A stretch of 64,000 nucleotides of DNA from Azolla caroliniana (taxonomy: Eukaryota; Plantae; Polypodiophyta): contig JBHGNT010000013.1 of the NCBI GenBank assembly GCA_043228905.1, forward strand, positions 14,632,001 to 14,696,000, in the 5' to 3' direction. The notes below the pieces were generated by a model that was not told the DNA's origin, did not search any database, and worked only from the letters and a program-made list of their open reading frames with translations. Positions 36,577 to 49,399 of this stretch are shown in pieces; the first letter of the stretch is position 1, and each line of letters starts with the position of its first letter. The position numbers and the translations under genes were made by a program.

Positions 36577-39500
36577 ATGGCATCAACATCCGGCTCATCG
36601 GAAATGAGTCTAAGGAGGTTCGACGGTTCGAACTTCAATTTTTGGAAGGAGCAAATGTAGGACTATCTTATAGTCAAGGGTCAGATCGATCCGATTGAGA
36701 ATGAAATTGCTCCAGAAATATACAAGGCAAATGAGTGGTAGAAGCTGGACAGAATCGTCTGCGCCAAGATTCGGATGCACCTGTCGGAGTCAGTGTACTT
36801 CACAGTGCAATCGTGCACGACAGCCTTCGAACTTTGGAAGAAGCTGTCGGAAACCTACGAAAAGAAGGTCGCCTCAACGAAGATGTATTTGATTCGGCGC
36901 CTCTACAACCTGCGGATGAAAGACTCCGATTCGGTTCAGGCACACCTTAACGAGTACGAAAGTTTGAGCTCCCAAATCTCGTCACAAGGGACGACAATCG
37001 AGGATGAACTCAGAGCAATGATACTCATGAGCACTCTCCCCTCCTCTTGGGAAACCTTCGTTACAACTGTGTGCAACGCTTCTACGACTGCCATCAAGTA
37101 CTCCGAAGTCACAAGTGCAATCCTGACTGAAGCAGCTCGGAGAAAGTCTTTCACCAAAGACTCAGCAAAAGAAGCCTATGTAGTACAAGGTTCGACCGAC
37201 CGATTGAACAACATGGGAAGAAGTTCTTCCCGACCGCCGACAAATCAGCGAAGTCGCAGCAAGTCCCGGGAAACCCGAATCTGCAACTACTGCAAGAAAC
37301 CGGGACATATCAAGGCCGACTACCAGGTACTCAAGTCAAAGACAGACAAAGCTCAGAGAGCTAATCAGAGGAGTAACCGACATGAGGAAGTCAACTACAT
37401 CGGCTCTTCAGCCGAGATACTTACGACCAACCCGAACATATTGTCCATAGAGAATCCAGTCGCATCAGAAGTTATGCTTACGACTGAAGAATCGAGCACA
37501 TGGCTTCTGGACTCGGGCGCGTCGCATCACGTGACACCTCACCAATCACAATTTCGGCAATATTCAGACCGACACTCCGACTCAGTTCGAGTCGGAAATT
37601 CGCAGCACTGTGCTATCATCGGAATTGGCACCGTAGAGCTCAACCTTCCGGGTGGCTCTACACTCGTACTACACAACGTCCGACATGTTCCTGAGCTCTC
37701 ACGACCCTTGATCTCAGTCGAACAACTTGATGAAGCTGGCATCTGTGTTGGTTTCTGATCAGGAGGGTGGACACTCCACAGAGGGAACCTCCTACTTGCT
37801 AGAGGACCGAAGGTACACTCATTGTACCCTTTGTATGTCACACTCAGAGAGGGTGACTTATTTTTGGTAGATATCCCTGTGTCATCCTTATGGCATGGAC
37901 GACTTGGACACCTCAGCAAGATTGGCATCACACACCTATCCAGAGCCAGATACATCCCGAAACTCTCCTTCTCGGACCATCAGTTTTGCGAGCATTGCCA
38001 GTACGGCAAACAGGTAGCCGCATCACACCCGGCATCAGCACCAAGAGAGTCGAGCCCGCTCGATTTGGTCCACTCGGACGTCTGTGGCCTGATGCCACAT
38101 CAGTCACTCAGTGGTGCCTCGTACTTCGTCAGTTTCATTCACGACTCGACTCGGAAGGTGTGGGCTTACCCCATCAGAACCAAAGATCGGGTGTTCTCGA
38201 TCTTCTCAGATTGGCTCGCAATGGTCGAAAACCAAACCGGTCGGAAACTGAAGTGTCTCCAAACTGACAATGGAGGTGAGTTCAAATTTGATGAATTCGT
38301 CAAATTTTGCCGAGAACGCGGCATTAGACGTGAATATTCGACACCATATAGTCCGGAGCAGAACGGAATCGCAAAACGCATGAATCGGACGATTCAAGAA
38401 CGCGTTGTATCCATGCTCCAACACTCCAGACTGTCGGATGGCTTCTGGGCAGAGGCTCTACTCACGACAGTACACATAATCAATATGTCGCCAAGTAGAC
38501 CTCTAGGACTTGAGATACCTCAGGAAATATGGACCGGCAGAAAGTCGAATTATGATAAGCTGAGGATTTTCAGTTGCGAGGCATACGCCCTCATACCGAA
38601 AGATGACCGCCGAAAGCTCAAACCGAGATCAAGGAAATGCGTTTTCCTCGGGTACGGACCCGACGACGAGATCGGATACCGACTCTGGGACCCCGAGCAC
38701 GGGCAAATCGTCTGAAGTTCGGACGTCGTGTTCAACGAGTCGACTATGCACAAAACGGCCGAAAGGCCTATTGAAGTCCGAAGGGTAATATTTTCCGAAG
38801 TGCCAACCCTTCATGACGGCCCAACACACAACACGAGACCGGTTTCACAAGTAACCGACTTCTCTCGCACCGAATCCACAGATTCGGCACAGCCGAATGG
38901 CTCGGCTTCCAACCATCCGACATTGACACCCGGTGCGACCAGTCCAGTCATACCTCGAAGATCTGAGAGACTGTCGCAATCTCTGGAGAGGTACTCTCCC
39001 GGAATTTTCTTCACCGACGTCGGCGAACCGACGTCCTATGAAGAAGCATCGGCAACTGCCGATTCAGCCACCTGGCATCTGGTAATGGAGTCGGAAATGC
39101 ACTCCATCTGCGCCAACAAGACTTGGGATCTGGTCGACTTACCGAAGGAATGACGTGCTCTTCCTTGCAAGTGGGTCTATAGACTAAAGGAGACGTCCGA
39201 CTCGACCACCCCAAAGTACAAGGCTAGATTAGTTGCGAAGGGATTTCGACAGGAATATGGCGTCGACTTCGATGAAATCTTTTCACCAGTGGTGAAAATG
39301 ACAACCCTTCGTTTCTTGCTCGGTGTTGTGGCCGCTGACAATTTGGAGCTGATTCAGCTAGATGTGAAAACGACATTCCTCCACGGTGATCTAAAGGAGG
39401 ACATCTACATGGAGCAGCCAAAAGGCTTTGTGGCCACCGATCAGGAACATCTAGTCTGCCGACTTAGGAAGAGTCTTTACGGCCTGAAACAGGCACCCCG

Positions 39501-40602
39501 ACAGTGGTACAAGAAGTTCGACGATTTCATCCAGTTGGTCGGCTTCTCCAAGAGCGATGAGGACCACTGCCTCTTCACCAAAACAACTCAAGACGGTTCT
39601 CCCGTCTTCCTCATCATCTACGTGGACGACATGCTACTCTCCGGTCGGCATACCGGAGAGCTCACCGAACTCGTTCGGAAACTGCGATTGAAGTTTGCCA
39701 TGAAGGACCTCGGTCCGGCAAGACACATACTCGAAATGAAGATTAGTCGGAATCGCTCCAAAAGACAACTTTTTTTGTCTCAAACCGACTACATCGGACG
39801 TGTCTTGGAACGCTTCAACATGCAATCGGCCAAGTTTGCTTCGACCCCGCTCCCCATTCATCTTCGGCTTTCTTAGCGAGACTGCCCGACATCCGATCCG
39901 GAGGGGGAAGATATGAAGTCAGTACCGTATGCACCGGCAGTAGGCTCTCTGATGTACGCGATGGTCGCAACACGGCCTGATATTTCTCACGTCGTAGGAG
40001 TCATCAGCAGATTTATGCACAATCCCGGCTGATCGCACTGGAACGCAATCAAGCATGTGTTCAAATATTTAGCTGGCACAAAAGACCACGGCATCCTTTT
40101 CGGTCCGAACTCAACTTCAGGCGTAGTCGGTTACACCGACTCGGACTTCGCCGGTTGTGTGGACAATCGCAAGTCAACAACCAGATATTGCTTTAAATTC
40201 AGCAATGGAGCAATCTCGTGGAAGTCGAAACTTCAGGAGTGCACAACCACCTCAACAACCGAAGTAGAATATGTAGCTGCCTTTGACGCAGCAAAAGAAG
40301 CTTTATAGCTCGGTCGGCTGGCGCACACGTTTCGGCAAGTCAACTCCGACTCGGCCCCAGTTGTCTACAGCAACAGTCAAAGTGTTGTTGCTTTGTTGAA
40401 AAATCTGGTTCATCACAACGCCTCCAAGCATATCGAAGTTCGATATCACTTTGTTCGGGACTGCGTCATTTCCGAGAAAATCGGTCTAGAGAAGATATCC
40501 ACAACCGATAATGTCGTAGATGGAATGACCAAGTGTCTTTCGGCAGACCGGTTCCGATCTCTTTGGCAACAGATGGGCGTAACAACATATCGGTCTGGTT
40601 GA
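36577..40602 (+). pseudogene. Copia gag-pol with multiple premature stops
   Basis: CNYCKKPGH, WLLDSGASHH, LWHGRLGH..CEHC, TDNGGEF, QLDVKTTFLHG, SLYGLKQAPRQW, YVDDML, YTDSDFAG, KHIEVRYHFVRD. Confidence 0.93.
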
Positions 40603-40797
40603 AGCCGGGCACAGTGCAGGACGGTTTCGGACAACAAACATCGGTTCACTGACGATCGGCTTCAGCCTTTCCGACTCGACCAGTTCGGTCTTCTGTCTAC
40701 GGATCATGCCGATTCGAACAAAACTGACCCGTCCGAGAACCTATGCCTATACCTTTATTTTTTTTGATAACCCATGTATACGCCCATTACGGGGGAG

Positions 40798-40981
40798 TGT
40801 CGAATACAAATGTATAATGGACGTATTCACACTATCCTCTTAGAGAGCCCAAGTTCAGGCGATTTCTGTAAATAACATAAAGGGCAGTTGCCCTAAGTGA
40901 GTCACTATATAAAGTGACTTTGTAACCTTTTGTAAAGGTTGGTTGTTCATGGTTGTAAATGTTGCCCTTTTATGAATATAG

Positions 40982-41056
<75 letters not shown>

Positions 41057-41154
41057 GTATATTGTTCTTGTTTTTCTCATACGCAGGTATTTCTTCCTCA
41101 CAGATTCATACTGAGTGACCTCTTCCGCACTAACGGCCTTGTTCATCCCCAACA
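40798..41154 (+). repeat. Copia 3' LTR (357 bp, expanded (CT)n)
   Basis: Near-identical to 35560-35882 outside the microsatellite. Confidence 0.96.
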
Positions 41155-42923
41155 GTCCCTACTGGTGGGATCATGGCAACGTGGGAACCTTAGCTCTCCT
41201 AATTGTGTAAAGTGCCCACATGCAGTAGAATCAATACGACGCGCTCTATGGGATTGCCTAACGTCCCATCAAATATGGCGGGGGGGTGGCCGCTTGTTGC
41301 AATTATGCCATGTGCAAGGCTCAATCAAGTGGGGAAATATATGTTGGTTATCATGGCAGGCCGCAATTGGCAGATACGAGCATAAGGAGGAGGGGATGAC
41401 TTTGGTGATAAAAGCACAAGAGGTCTTTTTTTCCTCCAACGGTAATGTCCACTTTACTCCTCTTAATGACAAATCTCAAGAGGTGTTGGAATTGGTCAGC
41501 CCAATAACTCTTTGGATTCTATGGAAACAACGATGTAGGCAAGTCTTCTCCAACCAAACCACACATCCAACAAGGTTACTGCAAGCGATATGGAGTGAAA
41601 TTGTAGCTACTCTGAAGAGCCAATATGATGGCCTTAAGGGCGGCTCCGAGGGAGTTGAAAGACAACGAATAGCATTCATCCAACAATGGTTGTCCTCTCC
41701 CTTTCTTGAGTCAGTGGGCATCCACATAAGATGGAACTATCGCGTCCCTTCAAGGATTTGTACATAATCGTCTCATTTATAAAATTTTATAACTAATGAA
41801 AGGAGATTTTTTTGGAAAGAAGAAGAAGAAGAAGAAGAAGCTTATATGGTTTATGAGAGAAGAGGAATAACATAAGCTAACTCTAGCTTGAGGAGGGTGT
41901 TTCTCTATTTTTAGCACACTTATGTTATATCTATGCATTGCCTTTTATAGGAAAGGTTGTGTCTTTCTAATTGGATGTCTAATTTGAGTGGTTCATCTTT
42001 TTCGCATTTTTTTGACCATTGCTTTGCTCCTCTTTTTCTTCCTTCATGCACACTGCTTTTCTCCACCATAGAATTACATACTCTTTTATTTTTTTATTGC
42101 CCGCTACTTTTAAAGTAAATACATAGATATATGTCTAATATAAAATCTTTATGACATATATTAAATATTAGTATTAACTACTATATTATTATATTTTTCA
42201 TAATATAGTAGGCTACCCCTAATATCTACTTATTTCTTAAATAAAACTTATAGCCTAGTTATAAAAACTCAATATATTTGAATTTTAATATACTAACGAG
42301 CTTGCTTATTTCAACAATAGGGCTTCTGATTTAATAAAAGTAATCTATCTCTTTTTTTCCAAATAAGAATATACTCCATTAGTTAAAATGACATACAAAA
42401 TACAACTTTAGTCCCTTTAACGGGTAGTCATTACCTACTTCAACATGGGCTACATCACTTATTTATCTTACACTCAATAGCCCACGTGTTTGTTCTCTAT
42501 GTTTCTCATGTCATCTAATGGGTTTAGGGTTTAGGTGCAACTTTGTGAGTGTTATTAATGAAGTAATCTATCTCTTGTCAAGTATTCCTTAAGGATGAAG
42601 AAGACTTCCTAATCCCCATGCCTAACTATGGATTTAAAATAGACGCGAAGGGTCATTGGACAATAAAGGGGGTTGTTTTAACAAAAGGAGGTTAAGTATC
42701 AATTGAAAAAAAACACTCAACCTTGAACTATGTATTGTATGACATGATGGCCTTTTTAATCGAAATATGTATGTTCATAGTTATGGCTAAGTTTGAGATT
42801 GTCTTTGTAGGCCAAAGGAATCAATGCAAAATGTGGAGAACATCAACCTTTTACTCGTGAGGAAATAGACTTTGTTAATGAAAGGTATGGTGTAGTCAAA
42901 TGCATGCAAAATACCTCTCTATG

Positions 42924-42954
<31 letters not shown>

Positions 42955-43301
42955 ACACACAACAAAAGCTCTATATATTTAACCTCTTTATTGTGTATAA
43001 TTTAATAAATAACACTTGTTATTAAATGAAACGTGGTTCAAACATAGCATTTGAATGAAATAAAGGGTTGATGTGGAGGAAATTTCTTTTTTCCAGTGGA
43101 CACGACAAAAGATCGAGCCACGTTGCAAAAAAAAAAGGTTTGAATCACTCATTTGCTTAGATGTTTGAACTTGCAAATATAATATGTGGGTAATATCACT
43201 ATTATCTCGAGTTCAATTAGAAGAACATCAACGTTGTAAAACAAGGTAATGTGATTAATGATAATCTCACTATGAGTAATCAATACTCTTGGTAGTCATC
43301 A

Positions 43302-43635
43302 TGTTACAGGCATGACCATATAATATCTTGTGGTGAGAATTTACCGTAGTATTCTATACATGTGGATAAGTGTAAGGGTTAAACGAGAGTGTAAAGAAGG
43401 GGAGGATTACTTTTAATCCTCGGGATTGAGACAACCCATAAGGCCAAGTGTGAACTTGCCTAGGGGTCTTGGGTATCGCTATAAATAAGAGGCCTAACTA
43501 CCCTCATTTCATCATCTTTTGAATACGTAATCCTCCCCTTCTTTACGTTCTCGTTCAACCCTCACACTTATCCATGTATATAGAATACTACGATAAATTC
43601 TCACCACGGGATATTATATGGTCATGCCCGTGACA
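43302..43635. mobile_element. Fold-back element derived from the chromovirus LTR (109-bp inverted arms)
   Basis: 43302-43526 aligns with LTR 5226-5450. 43527-43635 aligns with the reverse complement of LTR 5226-5334. Flanks CATCA / CGTCA. Confidence 0.9.
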
Positions 43636-44167
43636 CGTCATATGCTTCACCCATATGGCTTTAATCCTACCTCATACCTATTATGTTTTTTATAGAGCAA
43701 ATGGAGGCATAATCAAGGCGAAGTGGGTGAAAAGAGAGAAGAAGAAGGAAGCGTATTCAAGTCTTCGAAGAGGCTAGTGTACCCAATGATAGTAAACACA
43801 AATTATGGGTAGCTTGTTCTCTTGTTTGAGAAATGAAAACTAACAAAAAATAAGTCGTGATATGAGGTAAGAAGTGATAATGTTGGCTGAAGGAGTTAGG
43901 TTCTCAGATATAACTTACCTGCACACCATTGGCCTAAACTACAAAACGAAGGAGAGATATAAACACACCAACTTATATGAGATGGAGAACTCTATACGAT
44001 GTGGTTTGACGCCAAAGGCTGAACCATCTCAAAATGTACGTTTGTGCAATTGGGGTCTTGATTTGGATCCTTCTATGCTACCCAAATAGCATTGGTTGTC
44101 AAAGTGTTTTCCTTTTTACCTCGGAGGTGGTCCAGGGCATCATGTCAAATCTCTCCAAGGCAACAAT

Positions 44168-44547
44168 CAATCCCTTTGGATAACAAGCCCATTCATCTCA
44201 GTGAACTTAGGTTCCGAGGGGTGGCCGGCGAGTCGTGTGTGCAAGTGTGGCGAGCTCACCATCGCGAAACTCTCTCTCCCTCTCACACACACATCCATTT
44301 CAACGCCATATATTTAGCTATGAGCCGGGGTTCGAGTCAAACTGAATTGTTAAACCGAACCAATATAACAATCCCTTTGGATAACAAGCCCATTCATATT
44401 AGTGAACTAGGTGCCAAGAGGTGGATGTCGAGTCTTGTGTGTAGATGTAGTAAGCTCGCCATCGTCATCGCGATACTCTCATTCTCTCCCTCACAACACC
44501 ATATTTTAGCTATGGGCAAGGGGGTTCGAATCAAACCGAACCGTTAA
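44168..44547. repeat. Diverged tandem duplication, period about 201 bp
   Basis: CAATCCCTTTGGATAACAAGCCCATTCAT at 44168 and 44369, with continuing similarity. Confidence 0.85.
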
Positions 44548-45501
44548 AGCCACGACTTTAATGGTTTATAGGTTCAGAATATAATTAAGCAAACTATGGT
44601 TTAGTTCAAATATCATCAAACGATTTGGTTTAAAAGACTAGGCGCAGGTTGCGTAGAGGGAGCAGATTCAGAATTCATCAGTCAAATGATCTGATAAAAG
44701 GTTCATGACTGGAGAGCGAACCCATCAGAAATTTCTTTTCTTGAGATGTTGGTCCTTCCATAACTTGAAGAAGTAGTCCAATCCACCGATTTCTACTAAT
44801 AACCTGGGAACAACAAGTTTCTCGACTTGCATCAGAGAGGGCGCTAGAAATTCCGAATCGTCGTTCAGGGATAATGAAATTGGTTTATCTGTTTAAGCTT
44901 CTCAGGGTTAATGGTGTACCGTGTATAGTTCTATTTCGTTTTTTACTTTGTTTTTTTTGTTTCCTCTAATGGCTTAATGGTCCAATTTAATTGAATGGGT
45001 TTAACTCATGGTCTTTTGTTTAATAATTTAAGTCTCAAGTTTAATGATTTAATTAATTGAGCGTAAATGCTCATTTACTCTCTCTGTATGGGTTAATTTA
45101 CTAGTGCAAATTAATTTTTTATTTAATTTAATGGTTTAATTAATGTTTATTGATTTAATTAACTGAACTTAAATGCTTATTTAATTTTTTTGTTTATTTA
45201 AGTTTTTAATTTATTTGATTTAAATAAATGGGGAGCCGTAATTTTTTGTATTAATATTAAATGGTTAGGGTTTGGTTTCCATTTTTCCCTAAACGGTTCG
45301 GTTCACCATTTCCTCAAAATGGTTTGATTCAAGCGGCGGCTTTAAGAATTTGTAAAAGGGTCCGGTTTGGTTTGGTTTGGTTTCAAGGCAAAGAAGCCGA
45401 ACCGAAACCGAAAAAGATCTATCTCTCTTTCTCTCTCTCTCTCTCTCTCGCAGAGAACTTGTCTTTCTCTGTGTAATGCGAATGCATATAAATACCATAC
45501 T

Positions 45502-48500
45502 ATGCTTTCTCTGAGACACGCTATGTCCTCCTGTGCTGCCTCCATTACTGCGAGGTCTTCTTCTTCTTCTTCTTCTTCTTCTTCTTCTTCTTCCATGGCG
45601 ATGTCTAAGGAGATCGTTAAGCGTGTGGGCACTCATAACGGGACATTTCACTGCGATGAAGCTCTTGGCTGCTTCCTTCTCCGCCTCACCAACAAGTTCT
45701 CTGCAGCTCAAGTTGTTCGCACCAGAGATCAATCCGTATGTATCGCTTTCATTCGTAGAAGCAAAACTAACCCTATTTTCTCTAATTGCCATTGTTTCTT
45801 TTTTTTAATACACATGATGTCCCAGAGAAATATTCGTTAGGTCAGGATCTTCCAAAAAACACCATAACCTAAACCTGTACTGACGAAAAGCCAATCTCTG
45901 CTATAAACGGGGAGGGTATTGTGATGCTCTGGGTGACCCAGCATCAAGTCCTAGTAATGATCGAGCTTCGTTGTGTATTAAAATTATAGGAGATAAATGG
46001 AAATCTCCCAATTTTCTAACTAGAGTATATAGATACAAATATGGCTTCATTGTTGTTTTTCAGTACGTAGAAATACTTTCGTAGCCATTTGTACCAGATT
46101 ATTTGTGTAGATATTCTGTCTTCCATGTATCAGAGCCTATGTACAGGAGAATCCTAAATTTATACCTAATATATAACATGATCATTTTTTGCAGAGACAT
46201 GGAAGTAGGCATATAATAGTTATATAAACTTAACCCAGTTCAAAAATTTAGTCTATCCATCGGTAGTACTGTTAACCTGTGTGATGAGATAAAGCTCAGT
46301 TAACAAGCTTTTCTTTTAAATACGTAGAATTTCTGTCATAGTCAATTTGTCCTAGATTGTTTCTGTTGATATCCTGTCTTCAATGTATCAGATCCTATGG
46401 ACAGGAGAAGCCTAAATTATACCTATTACATATATAACACGATTGTTTTTCAGAGACATGTAAATAGGTATATAAAGCCATATAATCTCAAATTTCAACC
46501 CAGTTCAAAAATGTAGTCTAACCAAAGATAGTATTTTTTTAACCTGTGTGATAATAGTTAAACCCAAGGTAAAGGTTCTTTAACAAGCAATACCGAGGTT
46601 TTGGATGCTTGTATGGGTTTTTAAATGCTCTAGAAATTATTAACCAATTCTTTAGTATCTTGAATGCTGTCATTACATGGAATAGAAGGAAAGCTTGAGA
46701 TTAAGGACAAGTGCATTGTTGTTTACCTGTCTTTGTCACTCTTTTTTGTCATGTACTTCAATTAGTGCCGTTCTGCATTTTTCTGTCTGAATATCTCCTA
46801 CCTTCTCCAGTTTTTGAGTGGATAGTGCATTCTATTCATTATTTGTCTCCGTGCAATACTTAATGGAACCCTTGTCGAACCTTCTAACTTGAACGCTAAC
46901 ACAGGTCTTGGAGACTCTGGATGCTGTGATTGATGTTGGTGGTGTCTTTGATTCTGAAAAGGATAGATTTGACCATCACCAGAGAGGGTTTGATCAAACG
47001 TTTGGGCGTGGCTTTGATACAAAATTGAGTAGTGCAGGTCTTGTCTATAAGGTAACACTCCTATTTAGGGTCTTCCATGTTGAAAACAGTATTTTAAAGC
47101 CAGAATCTGCAAGTCACCGATCTCTTATGATGCATGAAATCGCTGTGTATGATTGAGAACATTAAAGCAAACCGTATAACATTTCACGAAACAGGATGAG
47201 ATTTATTGTATTCTGTTGATATATGCGATCTTTTTTTATTGCATTGTCATACGAAATTTTCATTTCCATTGTTTACGTTGAGATGTGATACTGCTTACAT
47301 TTCTGAGTTGTAGTATTATGGGCCTGAGATTATTGCCAAGGAAATGAGCGTTGATTCTAATCATCCAGATGTGGATCGTGTCTATCTTGCGCTCTACAAG
47401 AACTTTGTTGAGGTATACTGTTCCTTCTATGTAATACAAAATTCATTGGAGCTGTCAAAAGCTGATGATGCCTTGATCTATGTTTTTTCTCAGAGCTGTT
47501 GTTATCTTGTGACAATGACACTTTGCTAATTCTCTGAGTATGTGGTGATTGAGTCTAATTGATTGATGCAATCCATTTTCCTACCTCTTCTGGATTGGGA
47601 ACTCAGGCAATAGATGCAATTGACAATGGAATAAACCAGTATGATGTGGCAGATCCACCGAGATATATTGAAAACACGAACTTGTCAGCTCGTGTGGGTC
47701 GGCTTAATCCGGACTGGATAGAGGAACACACAGCTGAGAAAGAGAATGATGCATTTTTTCGTGCCATGGAAATTGCTGGAGGAGAATTTCTGGAAGTAAG
47801 TATTGGCTTCCCTTCAATGATGTTTTTCCTATAATTTGAGGGTTGAGTTGAATTGTTGATCACTTTGAAGTTAGTATGTAACTTGTGTTTGTTTATAGGC
47901 CCTGCGATATCAATTCAGGTCATGGCTGCCTGCAAGAAAAATTGTTGTTGACACTTTAGCTTCAAGATTTGACATTGATAGCAGTGGGGAGATAGTGGTT
48001 TTAAAGCAGTTTTGCCCTGTGAGTTTAATGCAAACTTGTGAATTTAAACATTGGTTTTGTTCAAACTTCCAATAATATGCAGCATGAAAAGAAATGAAGA
48101 CTTTTATTTGTCTTCATTCAGTGGAAGTTACATATGTTTGAGTTAGAGGAGGAGATAAAGATAGAGCCAAGCATCAAATATGTTCTTTATGAGGTATGGC
48201 ATTTAAATTTTGGTTTATTAAAAAGGTCATGTTTTGTCTGCTTATAATTATGTCTCAATTTCTGTAGCCAGTTAATATTGAGAAGATGAAGGTGAGTCCT
48301 ATTGTTTTATGCCAAAAGTTAATGTGATGCCTTTGCCTTGAAATGTGTTCTAGGATGATCGGAGCAATCAATGGCGGGTCCAGGCCATGGCCTTGGGACC
48401 TGGACGGTTTGAGTCCCGAAAAGCACTCCCTGCAGCATGGCGTGGATTAAGGGATGAAGAGCTTTCAAAAGAGAGTGGCATAGATGGTTGTGTTTTTGTA

Positions 48501-48581
48501 CACATTAGTGGATTCATCGGAGGAAACAAGACATATGATGGTGTCCTTGACATGGCTCGGAAAGCTCTTTCGCTACAGTAG
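45502..48581 (+). CDS. MYG1: MYG1 exonuclease (UPF0160); 7 exons (45502-45735, 46905-47051, 47314-47412, 47607-47795, 47899-48018, 48122-48193, 48354-48581)
   Basis: VGTHNGTFHCDEAL, VIDVGG..FDHHQRGF, KLSSAGLVYK, IDAIDNGI, LSARVGRLNP, SRKALPAAWRGLRD, GCVFVHISGFIGGN. GT-AG junctions in frame. The start could be 45502, 45523 or 45595. Confidence 0.95.
46064..46590. repeat. Intronic tandem duplication, period about 257 bp, in MYG1 intron 1
   Basis: TACGTAGAA...ATGTATCAGA.CCTATG.ACAGGAGAA.CCTAAATTATACCTA...AACCCAGTTCAAAAAT occurs from 46064 and again from 46321. Confidence 0.85.
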
Positions 48582-49399
48582 CCATAATATGCTTTTGCTT
48601 GGAACCATACATCAGTACCATGCAGTATTACTACCATTCCACAGTAATGCTAGTATTGCATTGAAATATCAACCTCTCTTTTGATCTGAAAATCTCTTTG
48701 GATTTATGCGCTCTTAACTTATGAATACTTTATGAAACTAGGACATTTCTATGGAGGATTATTACCACTACACAGCCGGGCTAGTATTGCATGAAATATC
48801 ACCTTTGATTTATTTGCTCCTTACTTTTTGATACTTTACAAAACTATGTAGTTGGATAATTACCTTCGATTTTGACCATGACTCTTGTGTAATCAATTTT
48901 GATCATTTTAAAAGAATTCGAATGAAAATTAATAAATCAAAGCTAAACTCTATTTTTGTGGATGATTATATCTAATGCTTGACCCAATCCTTTATTTTTA
49001 ACTAAAGTATTAAAAGTTTGTTTAAGATTTATAAGGGAAATGATTCACAAAATATTTCTAGAATATGATCATGACAGAAACCCATGTTGATGTTGAAACA
49101 TTCCAATCATTATGATTATAGTAGACATGAAAGTTTTTCATTCAGTGAAGCAGTTGAAAGTCTTTGAAAATATGTCCAGAATGAGAAAATGTTATGTTCC
49201 TTCTTGCACATTATAGTTGTGTAGCAGCTTTCCACAATTGTGGCACCGAGTATTGGCTCCTTATATAATCTTCCAAGTAATCACTAGACACAGATCATCT
49301 GCATATCCATGATAGTTGGACATCCTGACGTACCCTGTCCTATGATTGTTGAAGTTGCACCACTCATGATGCTCACAAACTTGCTGTAACTACCCATAG

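Larger units (their letters stand above)
35560..41154 (+). mobile_element. Full-length Ty1/copia LTR retrotransposon, degenerate
   Basis: LTRs 35560-35882 and 40798-41154 (TG...CA). TSD GTCCC on both sides. PBS TGGTATCAGAGC (tRNA-iMet) at 35885-35896. PPT GGGGGAG before 40798. Order gag-PR-INT-RT-RH. Confidence 0.97.
30630..41838 (+). mobile_element. Degenerate L1-type LINE (ORF1 remnant, APE endonuclease, RT, zf-RVT), interrupted by a copia element
   Basis: MKIITWNMQGL..QEHH, NVYAPN, GGDFN, SDH endonuclease. LDFEKAYDRV and QGCPL RT. CVKCPHAVES..LWDC. (GAA)n tail at 41819-41838. TSD AGCTTATATGG at 30619-30629 and 41839-41849. Many stops and frameshifts. Confidence 0.9.
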
